DNA of 35,863 nucleotides from a virus (taxonomy: Duplodnaviria > Caudoviricetes), in the IMG/VR virus record IMGVR_UViG_3300015203_000018, positions 1-35,863 of that record; one strand, 5' to 3'. A program made the translations under genes and the position numbers. The notes under the pieces were generated by a model. The model saw nothing but the letters and a program-made list of their open reading frames with translations, made no database searches and was not told the DNA's origin. Below are positions 24,383 through 34,344 of the stretch, one piece after another. The stretch's first letter is position 1. Every line of letters starts with the position of its first letter.

Positions 24383-24808
24383 ATGCGTACGCCACGTTAT
24401 ACCAAGTTATGGTGGGTTGCAGTTAGTTGCATATCGTTATCAATAACGACCGCAGCAATAGCGGCATCCGGTGTAATAGAGGACAACGATCCATTTAAGT
24501 ATGGGTTTCAGATAGCCATAGCGATTATTCTAGCGTTAGTCGGCGGGTACTGTAAGGCCATAGAACGTAGAGTGACCGGACTCGAAAAGGCTAATACCGA
24601 TAGGCTTGCGGAACTAACTAAGACTAGAGAGATGGTTATAGGGGAGTACGCTACTAAACTAGAAACCTTTACGCACAGGGAAAAGGTAGAATCTAGTTTA
24701 GCTACAATACACGGACGCCTAGACGACATATTTTCTATGGTGGTTAAGAATAGTAATGGGAATAATAGCGGCAATAACAGCAATAATCGGGATCGCAATG
24801 ACCGATGA
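24383..24808 (+). CDS. membrane protein of the lysis block
   Basis: Two hydrophobic segments, a coiled coil and an Asn-rich tail. Confidence 0.6.
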   Translation: MRTPRYTKLWWVAVSCISLSITTAAIAASGVIEDNDPFKYGFQIAIAIILALVGGYCKAIERRVTGLEKANTDRLAELTKTREMVIGEYATKLETFTHREKVESSLATIHGRLDDIFSMVVKNSNGNNSGNNSNNRDRNDR

Positions 24809-25155
24809 ATGAGGACGAGCTATTTAAGATAGCAACTATCGGGGTATCACTACTCTCGGTATTCGTCTCTCTATTAATTGCGGTACTACAGATTAAAGCA
24901 ATAAAAGAACGGCGCAGTAATGCAGATGAGACAAGAAGCAACCTTACGGAACTTGCAAGGTCAGTTAATGGGGCTAAATCAGCAGCAGAAGCAGCCGCTA
25001 AAGCAGCAGGCTATTTTGAAGGGCAGGCACCCACAAGTAAGAGAGGGAATGAGCTAAGTGAACAAGCGCACGACGCAAGCGTAGAATCTAGAAATGTATC
25101 AGCAGCAGCGGAGCTAGAAATCGCAAGGAACCCCAACGAAACTAAGGAGAGTTAA
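24805..25155 (+). CDS. single-TM coiled-coil protein of the lysis block
   Basis: IATIGVSLLSVFVSLLIAVL followed by an Ala-rich helix. Confidence 0.6.
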   Translation: MNEDELFKIATIGVSLLSVFVSLLIAVLQIKAIKERRSNADETRSNLTELARSVNGAKSAAEAAAKAAGYFEGQAPTSKRGNELSEQAHDASVESRNVSAAAELEIARNPNETKES

Positions 25156-25156
25156 T

Positions 25157-25312
25157 ATGGACATTATCACATTTATCCTGTTACTAGGCGCGTTTGTAGC
25201 ATTCGTCGTAGCCGCAGCGAAGCAGTCTTTCCCGTTCTGGATTGCCGTAGGACTAGCCGCGTATATGCTTGCGTTACTTATCGGTAGGTTCAATACGGTA
25301 CATTTAGGGTGA
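25157..25312 (+). CDS. small two-TM protein (holin candidate, 51 aa)
   Basis: Manual translation MDIITFILLLGAFVAFVVAAAKQSFPFWIAVGLAAYMLALLIGRFNTVHLG; AAGGAG RBS. Confidence 0.65.
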   Translation: MDIITFILLLGAFVAFVVAAAKQSFPFWIAVGLAAYMLALLIGRFNTVHLG

Positions 25313-25530
25313 CGCAGCTAGAACAAGTGCTTGCTAGTATAGATGCCGGACACAATACGGCAGAAAGGATAGTCGCAGATACAGAACTTAACAAAACAAT
25401 AGTGTACGCGGTGCTATATAGAGCGTATAAGCGGAAGCTAATAAGTCGCGTAAAGCTACGGTTTACGACGCACCGGTTACCCTGTTACGTATATAAGAGG
25501 GCAGAAGATGGCATTCTCAGGCAACGCTAG
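25309..25530 (+). CDS. small winged-helix DNA-binding protein
   Basis: QVLASI...TAERIVADTEL.K.IVYAVLYR..KRKLISR...YVY. Confidence 0.6.
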   Translation: MTQLEQVLASIDAGHNTAERIVADTELNKTIVYAVLYRAYKRKLISRVKLRFTTHRLPCYVYKRAEDGILRQR

Positions 25531-25924
25531 TACAGTATCGCGCGACCCACGCGCTATAACAAACATATCTGGCGGCTTAGTAGCTATAGGTCTACTCGGC
25601 TTATTAGGATTTGCGCTGTACGCTCTAGTTAAATTCGATGTTAGGCCGGATAACCACGATATGTTACTGGTGTTAATAACCTTCTTAACTACCAAAATGG
25701 GTACGGTCGTAGACTTCTTCTACGGCTCTAGTGCTACGAACAAAGGCAAAGACGAAACAATAGGTAAGTTAGCTATGGCAGCCGCTACCCCTGATGGGGA
25801 TACTACGAGTAAGACAGTAAGTACTACTGCAACAGCCCCATCGGCTACAGGTACAACTAGTAAGACTACAAGTACTACCTCAACTTCTCCGTCTACAACG
25901 GATACAACGGGAGTAACGCAATGA
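25508..25924 (+). CDS. holin-like two-TM protein with a Ser/Thr-rich tail
   Basis: Two TMs followed by VVDFFYGSS...KDETI, typical of phage holin-like proteins. Confidence 0.7.
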   Translation: MAFSGNASTVSRDPRAITNISGGLVAIGLLGLLGFALYALVKFDVRPDNHDMLLVLITFLTTKMGTVVDFFYGSSATNKGKDETIGKLAMAAATPDGDTTSKTVSTTATAPSATGTTSKTTSTTSTSPSTTDTTGVTQ

Positions 25925-26217
25925 AGCGTCTTATTTTAACGATGGCATTAGTACTGGGTTTAGCTAGCTGCGGTTTGACTATGCAGCAGAAAGCAGCTAC
26001 GGCGTGTACGGCGCGGGCTACGGCAATCGAGGCGTTAGTTGTAGCTAATAACAAAGGCAAGTTAAGTGCCATACAGCAGGCTAAAGTAACTGAGGCAATT
26101 AACTTAACGAAGGGCATTTGTACCGATCCGACAGCGCCTACGATCACTTCGGCGCAGGTAGATATCCTTACTCAGTACCTTGCGGTATTAGAGTCCAATG
26201 CAGCAGCAGCTAAATAA
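25921..26217 (+). CDS. lipoprotein (possible outer-membrane lysis or spanin role)
   Basis: MKR + hydrophobic core + LASC lipobox. Confidence 0.7.
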   Translation: MKRLILTMALVLGLASCGLTMQQKAATACTARATAIEALVVANNKGKLSAIQQAKVTEAINLTKGICTDPTAPTITSAQVDILTQYLAVLESNAAAAK

Positions 26218-26228
26218 GGACTAAGACT

Positions 26229-26468
26229 ATGACACTTTCACAGGCACAAGTAGACGCGCTGGGTACCACTATCGAAGGTATTGCAGCGGTGTTCGTACCC
26301 GCAGAAGCCGCAATGGTAGCTACAGTCGTAGCATTAGCCACAAAACTTAATGGTATTGTTAGTAGTATTAGGGCCAACGATCCTGCAATGTGGGCGAAAG
26401 TAACCGCTATGAATACGCAGGCGGAAGTAGACTGGAATAACTCCTTAGCCGCACATCCGGGGGCATAA
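26229..26468 (+). CDS. hypothetical amphipathic protein of the lysis block
   Basis: 79 aa, TAATG-coupled to the endolysin. Confidence 0.65.
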   Translation: MTLSQAQVDALGTTIEGIAAVFVPAEAAMVATVVALATKLNGIVSSIRANDPAMWAKVTAMNTQAEVDWNNSLAAHPGA

Positions 26469-26866
26469 TGTTCTACTTATCTAAGGCATCCCTAAATAAG
26501 CTAGTCGGGGTACACCCTGACTTGATTAGGGTAGTAGAATACGCTATAGGGCTGTCTAATGTAGACTTTGGCGTAGTGTACGGCCTCCGTACACTAGCCG
26601 AGGAAAAGCAGATGGTAGCTAAGGGAGCTAGTCAGACGCTCCATAGTAGACACCTACCCAACAAAGAAGGGTTGGGCTGCGCCGTAGACTTAGATGCGTT
26701 CCAAGACGGTAAGGTAGACTGGAAAGACATAGACCTGTATCGGGATATACACGTAGCGATGGTAGCAGCAGCTACGTTCTTATGTGTACCTATCGAATGG
26801 GGCGGTGACTGGACTACACTTAAAGATTGGGGACATTACCAACTTCCGTGGGCGCAGTATCCATAA
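26468..26866 (+). CDS. endolysin, M15-family L-Ala-D-Glu peptidase
   Basis: GVHPDL, GLRT, SRH, AVDL, WGGDW, DWGHYQL. Confidence 0.92.
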   Translation: MFYLSKASLNKLVGVHPDLIRVVEYAIGLSNVDFGVVYGLRTLAEEKQMVAKGASQTLHSRHLPNKEGLGCAVDLDAFQDGKVDWKDIDLYRDIHVAMVAAATFLCVPIEWGGDWTTLKDWGHYQLPWAQYP

Positions 26867-26875
26867 GGGATAGTA

Positions 26876-28933
26876 ATGGACAATAGCACTAACCCACTAC
26901 TTACTAAAGGCGATAATCCGTTAACATCTTACGGACTAGGCCAGATATCGAATGTAGAAATACAGAACGCTTTAGCAAAACATGTAAATACGCAATTCGA
27001 TAAGAATAAGCAGCATCGAATGATGCGCGGCGTAACCGATAGGTTACTGCGTAATCTTAGAGCTAAACGGTGCGAGTATCAGCCAGATGAAAAGGCATTG
27101 CTGGGGCCATATAATGATATCTACGTAGGCATAGCGGCGCTAAAGGCGCGGGCAGCCGAATCGTGGCTAATAGATATCATACTTAATAATATAGATAAGC
27201 CGTGGACATTAACCCCTTCGGTAGAACCTGATTTGCCAGATAGGCTTAAAGAGCAGATTATAGACGTATTATTAATGGAGCTTCCAGAGTTTAAGACTTT
27301 CGATGCGCTTAGGGATAGGACACAGCAGTTAAAATCAGCGGTACAGAGTATAGCCGTACAGCAGGCTACGGCATCCGTACAGCGAATGGAAACCCATATA
27401 GAAGCACAGCTTACAGAAGGTGGGTGGACAGATACATTTAGTAAATTCATTTCAGACCTTACGGTGTACCCCACAGCGATTATACGCGGGCCAATAGCAG
27501 TAGGTAAGCCCACCCCCGATTGGGACGGCGATAAGTTTACTGTTAAGACTCAATCAGTGCTGTCTACTCGCGTAGTAAGTCCATTTAATGCGTACCCAGC
27601 GCCTAATTGTTCTAGCGCACAGGATGGCGATAACTTCATCGAAGCGATAGAGTATACGCATTCCGATATACACGATTTAATAGGCGTACCATCGTTCTTA
27701 GAATCGAATATACGACAAGTACTAGAACGCTACAAAGATGGATATGCGCCTACTCGTATAGAGGATTCCCCGAAGAAAGCGCTAGAAGGTAAAGAACAGC
27801 CAATAAGCGTACACACCACAGGACTAGAAGTACGTATATATAATGGTAAGATAAAGGGTAAATTACTAGCCGATAATGGGGTAATCATAGATGATCTACA
27901 AAAATCATATGAAGCGGAGATTTGGGTTATTGGCGAGTACGTTATTCGTGCTGTGCTTAATCCTAACCCATTGGGTAAGCGCCCTGTATACAGTACCTCA
28001 TATGTAAAGATTAATAACTCGTTTTGGGGACAGGCCGTAATAGATACCGTGTACGACCTTATGCGCGTATGCAATGCGGCGTGTAGGGCAACAGTACGAA
28101 ATATGGGGTATTCCAGCGGGCCTATAGGTGAAGTAGTAGCCGATAGGTTAGCTGATGGGGAGACAGGCGCAGAGCTAGAACCCTATAAGATATTCCAAGT
28201 ACAGCCTGATCTAACAGGTACAGGCGCACCGGCTTTCAGGTTCCATAATGTAGGAGTAATAGCTGGAGAGCTTAAGCTAATCTTCGAGTACTATATGAAG
28301 TTAGCAGATGATATGTCTGGGGTACCCGCATACGTATTAGGTAATCCACAAGTAGCAGGAGCCGGTAGAACACTTGGCGGACTGTCGATGCTGATGGGTA
28401 ATGCAGCTAAGGGGATTAAGAACGTACAACTTAATATAGACCGTGATATCATTACAGGAGTAGTCGAAGCATATTATTTCTATAACATGGCGGTATCTGA
28501 CGATATAGGCATTAAGTCCGACGCTAAGGTAGTAGCGCGTGGCGCTACGGGTCTACTACAACGCGAGTTAGCGCAGACCAAGACCGTAGAGATACTGCAA
28601 CTGCTTACTCCATACGCACAGGCGGGCCTTGTAACTCCTACAGGTATAGAGTATCTACTCAGGGAAGTGCTGAAAGGCACAGGTATGGATATAGATAAGA
28701 TAATACCTAACCCAGACAAATCGCAGCAAACTAACGAGTTAGGTACGTTATTCGGCGGACAGGGGCAAACCCCATCCCCAGCACCGCCACCGATGCAAGG
28801 AGGGCCACAAGCGCCAGCGCTTAATACTGGCACTAATACTCCCCCTAATCTACCAGCACAAAGCCAGCCACCAGCAACACCTAGTAACTTAGCGCCATTT
28901 CCAAGACCTTTAAACGTCGCACAAGGAGCGTAA
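26876..28933 (+). CDS. portal protein
   Basis: 685 aa; position before the scaffold and capsid; LADDMSGVPAY..G...GAGRTLGGLSMLM portal-type segment; Pro/Gln-rich tail. Confidence 0.85.
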   Translation: MDNSTNPLLTKGDNPLTSYGLGQISNVEIQNALAKHVNTQFDKNKQHRMMRGVTDRLLRNLRAKRCEYQPDEKALLGPYNDIYVGIAALKARAAESWLIDIILNNIDKPWTLTPSVEPDLPDRLKEQIIDVLLMELPEFKTFDALRDRTQQLKSAVQSIAVQQATASVQRMETHIEAQLTEGGWTDTFSKFISDLTVYPTAIIRGPIAVGKPTPDWDGDKFTVKTQSVLSTRVVSPFNAYPAPNCSSAQDGDNFIEAIEYTHSDIHDLIGVPSFLESNIRQVLERYKDGYAPTRIEDSPKKALEGKEQPISVHTTGLEVRIYNGKIKGKLLADNGVIIDDLQKSYEAEIWVIGEYVIRAVLNPNPLGKRPVYSTSYVKINNSFWGQAVIDTVYDLMRVCNAACRATVRNMGYSSGPIGEVVADRLADGETGAELEPYKIFQVQPDLTGTGAPAFRFHNVGVIAGELKLIFEYYMKLADDMSGVPAYVLGNPQVAGAGRTLGGLSMLMGNAAKGIKNVQLNIDRDIITGVVEAYYFYNMAVSDDIGIKSDAKVVARGATGLLQRELAQTKTVEILQLLTPYAQAGLVTPTGIEYLLREVLKGTGMDIDKIIPNPDKSQQTNELGTLFGGQGQTPSPAPPPMQGGPQAPALNTGTNTPPNLPAQSQPPATPSNLAPFPRPLNVAQGA

Positions 28934-28934
28934 T

Positions 28935-29126
28935 ATGAGCAGTATGTATAGCAAAGCTGATGGTATCTGCGGTTTTGGTACGTCGTTTCCGAGTACTCCC
29001 GCTAGTAATGTAAAGAGTACTGGTAATAGTTTCGGTACTAAAGGGGCAGTAAAGAACGTAAAGAATATCCCTAGCGGGAAACCGAAGTCTGTAAAGCCGA
29101 AAGGGTTCAGTGCGCGAGGTAAGTAA
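28935..29126 (+). CDS. small basic virion-region protein
   Basis: AGGAG RBS; Lys/Gly/Ser-rich. Confidence 0.6.
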   Translation: MSSMYSKADGICGFGTSFPSTPASNVKSTGNSFGTKGAVKNVKNIPSGKPKSVKPKGFSARGK

Positions 29127-29326
29127 TGCGTAAAGATATAGAAGAAAGAGTAAAAATAGCTCTAGCAAGCGGAATTAACCTCCCCTTGCTAGAGTATCTA
29201 CAAGCGAAGCAACAAGAAAAACTTAAAGAGTTAATGCTCGCAGGCGACTCTAATTTCCGGCTAGTACAGGGTAAAGCGCAGGAGTTAGAGGAATTAATCA
29301 CACTAGTCAAAAGCGTAAGGGAGTAA
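29126..29326 (+). CDS. hypothetical protein (head module)
   Basis: FRLVQGKAQELEELI, typical of the small gene found between portal and scaffold. Confidence 0.7.
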   Translation: MRKDIEERVKIALASGINLPLLEYLQAKQQEKLKELMLAGDSNFRLVQGKAQELEELITLVKSVRE

Positions 29327-29329
29327 TGT

Positions 29330-30271
29330 ATGGCACTACCAGCAGCAGCGCAAGCGGTTAAAGATAGGTTAGTAGCGGAAAGTATGGCGCCTAGTAATGA
29401 GCCAGTAGCGCCAGCTACGCCAGTAACTCCGGTACCTACTACGGGTACGGAAAGCCAAGTAACGATATCGCGGGACGAGTTTAATGAGCTACAGGCGGCG
29501 GCGGATCGCGTGAAGGCGGCAGAGGGGAGGGCGGAAGCCCTAAAGCTTGATCTAGAGGCTTTTCAGGGCCGCTTGACAGACTTGGAAAAGGCTTCTAAGG
29601 ATAGGCTTATCCCGGTAGCCCCTGAGCCTGTGACCCCGGCATTCCCCGTAGTAGCGTTCACCGAAAAGGAAGAAACGGAATACGGAGAGAGTAGGGAGTT
29701 TATCGAAAAGGTAGTAATGCAGTTACTTGCTAAGGTGCTTCCAGATACCCTACAAGCAATCGACACTAAGTTAGCGGCAGTAGAGGATAAGTTAACCGAA
29801 GTCGGCACCGTAGCTACTACCGCTAGAAAGGGACTTACCGAAGTTACCGAAGAAGCGTTTACTGAAAAGGTAAAAGAAAAAGTAGGTAACTTTGACGAAG
29901 TAGTAAATAACAAGTACTGGGATGCTTTTTGCGACGCAACAGAACCCGTATCAGGATTCACGTACGCGCAATGTATAGTACGAAATTTGCAAAATCGTAA
30001 CTTAGACGGAATGATAAACGTATTTAACGTATTCAAGACTAAGTACGAGATTGGTAAGAAACCAAACACGGAAGGGTATCAAGGGGCGAACCCCAGTGGA
30101 ACCACAGATACACCGCAGGAACCCGGTGGGAAGGAAATACTTAAATTCAGCGATAGAAAGGCTTTAAGTATCAAGTTCCAGCGGCATGAAATAAATAACG
30201 CTGACTATGAAGTAGAGAGAAAGAGGTTTGATTTAGCTGATAAAGAAGGTCGTTTGGACTACACCAAATAA
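29330..30271 (+). CDS. capsid scaffolding protein
   Basis: Acidic coiled coil directly upstream of the major capsid gene; ends in KEGRL. Confidence 0.75.
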   Translation: MALPAAAQAVKDRLVAESMAPSNEPVAPATPVTPVPTTGTESQVTISRDEFNELQAAADRVKAAEGRAEALKLDLEAFQGRLTDLEKASKDRLIPVAPEPVTPAFPVVAFTEKEETEYGESREFIEKVVMQLLAKVLPDTLQAIDTKLAAVEDKLTEVGTVATTARKGLTEVTEEAFTEKVKEKVGNFDEVVNNKYWDAFCDATEPVSGFTYAQCIVRNLQNRNLDGMINVFNVFKTKYEIGKKPNTEGYQGANPSGTTDTPQEPGGKEILKFSDRKALSIKFQRHEINNADYEVERKRFDLADKEGRLDYTK

Positions 30272-30293
30272 GTAATTAACTAGGAGCATAGAA

Positions 30294-31223
30294 ATGCCAA
30301 TTCCCGCCGCAGCCGGTTATCCGCAATATAGTAATAACCTTATAACTCCCCTCTTTAGGATGGAGTTGTTAGAGCGCTTTTATTCAACCACAGTGTATAG
30401 CGACGTATCGACTACAGAGTATACGGGTGAATTGAGTAAGGGCGGCGATCAGATTACCTTCATGCGTGAGCCGAAGGTAGCCGTGCGTGATTACGATAAG
30501 AACGGCAAGATCATACATGATACGATCGACGGTGATCCGATCACTATGACGATAGATAACGCTAAGACGTTCTCTATTAAGATGAATCTGATCGACGAAA
30601 AGCAAATCCAGAACTTCGAGAACTGGAAAGCAGCGTTCTTAAAGAGTGCAGGCTACGAGTTAGCGCGTGCCATTGACCCGCAGTTACTTACGGCAATGTG
30701 GACTAGCGTAGCATCGTACAATCAGGGCGCTACCGCAGGCTTAGTATCCGCAAATGTTAATTTAGGAACCGCAGGCGCTCCAGTAGCGATTACTAAAAAT
30801 AACGTCATAGACGTACTGCAACAGGTACAACAGGTACTTGACGAAGCGTTAGCTCCACGCGAAGGACGGTTTATTGTACTTCCGTCAGCAGGTATGACGG
30901 CACTTAAGAGTAGTGAACTGCGCTTTGCATACGGTACTGCGTTAAGTACTACTCCGTCATTGAACGGTAAGGTACCAGAAGTAGTTGCTGGGTTCATCAT
31001 CTTAGAGTCACAGAATGTACCTTCGGTCATTGATGGTGCCGTACGTGCGTACCATATCGTAGCCGGTGTAAAGATGGCAACCGCATTCGCGGCGCAGATC
31101 GAGAACAGTCGCGTAGTTACCGATAAAGACGACTGGGCAAACTACTATCAGGGCTTATCGGTGTACGGGTTTAAGGTGCTGTACCCAGATGCGTTAGTAC
31201 ACCTGTACGCTAACTTCGCCTAA
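30294..31223 (+). CDS. major capsid protein
   Basis: Y.GE....GD.I..., TID.AK.F, P.EGRFIVLP, G.V..VAGF.I.ES.N.P, GLSVYGFKVLYP; host-like codon usage. Confidence 0.9.
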   Translation: MPIPAAAGYPQYSNNLITPLFRMELLERFYSTTVYSDVSTTEYTGELSKGGDQITFMREPKVAVRDYDKNGKIIHDTIDGDPITMTIDNAKTFSIKMNLIDEKQIQNFENWKAAFLKSAGYELARAIDPQLLTAMWTSVASYNQGATAGLVSANVNLGTAGAPVAITKNNVIDVLQQVQQVLDEALAPREGRFIVLPSAGMTALKSSELRFAYGTALSTTPSLNGKVPEVVAGFIILESQNVPSVIDGAVRAYHIVAGVKMATAFAAQIENSRVVTDKDDWANYYQGLSVYGFKVLYPDALVHLYANFA

Positions 31224-31237
31224 TAGGAGAATATAAA

Positions 31238-31810
31238 ATGACGCTGCACGAATTGTATTTAGGCGGGCCGAGTAATACTAATAGCGGCCAAAAGCAGTTT
31301 CCCGCCGCCGCGTTCAATAATGCTATAGCACCGTTTCTTACGATGCCAGTAGCAGAGCATAAGGCTACTACGGTAGCTGCGTTAACCCGTACGTTAGACT
31401 TTGGTACGGCGCAAGGTAGGCCGAATGATCCAGCGCTACAGGAATACGTACGTACGCATACGATTGCGGCGGCAGATGTTATGAACTTAGCGGTTATCCC
31501 CGCTAATACGTTACTGCTCGGAATCTACTGCCAAGTAGAAACCGTATCCGGTACGGTAGGTACTATGACGTTTACCCTAGACGATGGTACTACGTTCGGC
31601 GCAGCAGTAGATATCAATGCCGCGTTTAGCAAGATGGCAGCGCCTAATGGAGCATGGGTATCGGCAGGAGCAGTTAGTTTAGCAACCGCTAACTTCTCGA
31701 ATGTACCTCGCGTACTTAAAATGACGTTAACTACGCTTACTACCACCTTTGGCGCACTACGGATTAGTGTATCTCCGATCCTGATTGCGTTGCAGCAAGG
31801 CCAGTATTAA
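31238..31810 (+). CDS. capsid accessory (cement/decoration) protein, paralog 1
   Basis: Beta-rich, follows the major capsid gene, near-colinear with the next gene. Confidence 0.65.
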   Translation: MTLHELYLGGPSNTNSGQKQFPAAAFNNAIAPFLTMPVAEHKATTVAALTRTLDFGTAQGRPNDPALQEYVRTHTIAAADVMNLAVIPANTLLLGIYCQVETVSGTVGTMTFTLDDGTTFGAAVDINAAFSKMAAPNGAWVSAGAVSLATANFSNVPRVLKMTLTTLTTTFGALRISVSPILIALQQGQY

Positions 31811-31822
31811 TAGGGGGGTGGT

Positions 31823-32734
31823 ATGACGCTGCATGAGTTATACATAGGTGGCCCCGCTAATACAAATAGCGGGAAGAAGATGTTTCCGGCGGCGGCGTTT
31901 AATAACGCCGTTGCGCCGTTTACTACAATGCCGCTGGCGCAGCATACAGAAACATTAGTAGCTGCGTTAACTCGTACACTAGATTTTGGTACGGCGCAAG
32001 GTAGGCCCAACGATCCCGCATTAGCAGAGTACGTTCGCACTCATACTATTGCGGCGGGGGATGTACTTAATTTAATAGTCATTCCCGCTAATACGCTATT
32101 CTTGGGCGTCTACTGCAATATAGAGAACCCGCAAGCGGGCGTAGGTCTATCGTTTACCTTAGACGATAGTACCACATTAGGCGGTATTAATCAGTTAGCC
32201 GCACCAGTACAGACAGCAGGCTCTACAGTAGCAGTAGGCGGTACGGTACCTGACGGTACTCGTCACTACGGCGTTACTGCTATAACCGCGTTAGGCGAGA
32301 CTACAGTATCTAATGATATAGCAATAGTATCTGCCGGTGGCGGACTGTCGATCAATACAGTTAACTGGAATGCAGTTGCAGGAGCTACGGGGTATAAGGT
32401 GTACTACGGCGCAGTAGCCGGAGTATACGGGCACTACTTTACGGTAGGCGCAGTAGTTACGATGAATGATACTGGCGCGGTAGGTACTGTCGCTAGTCCG
32501 CCAACTACCAATACCAGCGGCAATACCGTTTATACCAATACAGCTAAGACAGAGTTTTCGGTACCGAACGCTACGGCATGGGTAACAGCAGGGGCAGCTA
32601 CGTTAGTTAACGCTAGCTTTTCCAATGTACCAAGAATGCTACGCGCTACGATAAACACACTGACCACAAACTTCGGATCGCTGCGTATTAGCATATCCCC
32701 AATAGTGGTACAGTTACAAGCAGGTCAGTACTAA
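31823..32734 (+). CDS. capsid accessory protein, paralog 2, with an inserted FN3/Ig-like domain
   Basis: Same termini as 31238 plus a ~113 aa insert (GTRHYGVTA...GET...WNAVAGATGYKVYYG). Confidence 0.7.
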   Translation: MTLHELYIGGPANTNSGKKMFPAAAFNNAVAPFTTMPLAQHTETLVAALTRTLDFGTAQGRPNDPALAEYVRTHTIAAGDVLNLIVIPANTLFLGVYCNIENPQAGVGLSFTLDDSTTLGGINQLAAPVQTAGSTVAVGGTVPDGTRHYGVTAITALGETTVSNDIAIVSAGGGLSINTVNWNAVAGATGYKVYYGAVAGVYGHYFTVGAVVTMNDTGAVGTVASPPTTNTSGNTVYTNTAKTEFSVPNATAWVTAGAATLVNASFSNVPRMLRATINTLTTNFGSLRISISPIVVQLQAGQY

Positions 32735-32749
32735 CTGGGAGTAAGTAAA

Positions 32750-32950
32750 ATGAGTGAGCGAGAGTACGAACAAGATAAGGTGTACTTGAAGAACAATAAA
32801 ACCGGCCAGATTTATCCGTACGAGAAATTGTTAGAGAAGCACGAAGATTTCGAGCCGTTCGTGCCTAATCCATCCCCAACAGCCCCGCCAGAGAAAGCAA
32901 CTAAGAAAGCGGCAAAAGATTTCGTAGAAAGCATAGAAGGTAGCGCGTAA
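32750..32950 (+). CDS. hypothetical protein
   Basis: 66 aa with a GGGAG RBS. Confidence 0.65.
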   Translation: MSEREYEQDKVYLKNNKTGQIYPYEKLLEKHEDFEPFVPNPSPTAPPEKATKKAAKDFVESIEGSA

Positions 32951-32971
32951 CCACCAAGATAGGTACCAGCG

Positions 32972-33676
32972 ATGGAAACGGTTGGACAATATGTAATTCA
33001 CGCTTCCTCGCAGCTTAACGATCAAGCGTATGGGCGTCCCTACATCCGGTGGGGGCGCTCTTTGCTTTTGGATTACCTAAACCGTGCGCTCTCGGAGATA
33101 GGAACCTACAGGCCGGAAGCGTTTTCCGTACCTACGGAATTAACGCTAGTACCGGGCGTAGAACAGTTTGCGAATACAGGCACAGGCATAATAGACGTAT
33201 ACGCTAACGTAGATGGGCCGGTAATACGCAAAGCAGATGGAAGTATATCCAATGCGTTTGCGGTATACGATATTTGTCCGCCAGCGCCTAAATTCGTAAG
33301 AGGTACCCCAGAATTTTGGGTTAGGTCGGTTAGCATAGACCCCAATAATACAGGCACGTTCTACGTAGAGCCACCGATACCTAACGGTATAACAGTTAAA
33401 GTTAAAGCGTTAATTCCCGGCGATACCCCGCAATATGGGCTAGTAGACTGGGACAAAAAACTAGGTATGCCGCATAAGTTTGATAATAACCTTATCGACT
33501 TTGTGCTTGGCTGCGCGTATGGATTAGATACGGAGTCCCCAGAATCGAGGGCTAATAGCGATATGTACTATAAGAGATTCTATACCGCTATGGGCGTTAA
33601 ATATAAACAAGAATCGAAATTCCGTTCAGGCAATTACTTAGGCCAAGTGGGGGCGGGTAATCCGCGTGCAGAATGA
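32972..33676 (+). CDS. head-tail adaptor protein (DUF6682-like)
   Basis: QLND....RW....LLDYLN.A..EI...RPEAF...L.PG.EQ...FYVEPP...LIDFVL..AY..D.E. Confidence 0.75.
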   Translation: METVGQYVIHASSQLNDQAYGRPYIRWGRSLLLDYLNRALSEIGTYRPEAFSVPTELTLVPGVEQFANTGTGIIDVYANVDGPVIRKADGSISNAFAVYDICPPAPKFVRGTPEFWVRSVSIDPNNTGTFYVEPPIPNGITVKVKALIPGDTPQYGLVDWDKKLGMPHKFDNNLIDFVLGCAYGLDTESPESRANSDMYYKRFYTAMGVKYKQESKFRSGNYLGQVGAGNPRAE

Positions 33677-34344
33677 GTACTGCCCCTAGCACTATATCAT
33701 TCCAAGATATGACGCAGCTAGAAACGCTGCTACGTCACGTAGTACCCATCGTGCCGGAATTACCGCACGGTATGGCGTTAGACAGGTTACGGCAGGCGTA
33801 TATAGAGTTTGCTAGGCGTTCTGGATTAATCGTAGCCAAGTTGGTATTAGATTATCAGGCGGGAGTTACGGACTACGAGCTAGTGCCGCCTGACGGATAC
33901 GAGATATACATGACGCAGGGCGTAGAGCATCATAACGGCTTCTACTGGTACGATGGTACAGCGGGGTACATAGGCGGGCTACAGGGTAGCTGGGGCAACG
34001 TATTCCCCGGCAACTCCGGCTTTCGTATGACTAGTAACCGTACGCTATGCCTTAACCATACACCTACAGCCGATCAGGTAGGCGGGATAAAAGTATACGT
34101 AACGCTATTACCTACCGAATGCGTTAGCGAAATACCTGTAGCGGTGTCCGTACCGTACGGCGATGGTATAGCACGTAGGGTAATATCCGACGCATTACGT
34201 ATCCCGAACAAAGGCTGGACAAATCCAGCGCTAGCTAAAGGGTACGAAATGGAGTTTAATAGAACCGTGCTATCGGCCAAACAATTAGCTAGCAGAAACT
34301 TGCAACGTGGGCCGCTTGTCGCTAGGCCAGTGAGAATACTGTGA
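33673..34344 (+). CDS. second adaptor/tail tubular protein
   Basis: V.P.VPELP..MAL..LRQA.IEF.RRS...L.IPNK.WTNP.LA. Confidence 0.7.
   Translation: MSTAPSTISFQDMTQLETLLRHVVPIVPELPHGMALDRLRQAYIEFARRSGLIVAKLVLDYQAGVTDYELVPPDGYEIYMTQGVEHHNGFYWYDGTAGYIGGLQGSWGNVFPGNSGFRMTSNRTLCLNHTPTADQVGGIKVYVTLLPTECVSEIPVAVSVPYGDGIARRVISDALRIPNKGWTNPALAKGYEMEFNRTVLSAKQLASRNLQRGPLVARPVRIL

Noticed and set aside
31200-31830. Programmed frameshift or readthrough fusing the capsid protein to the decoration proteins
   Set aside because: Both the major capsid gene and paralog 1 end in a double stop (TAATAG), no slippery heptamer precedes the stops, and each downstream gene has its own RBS-like sequence.
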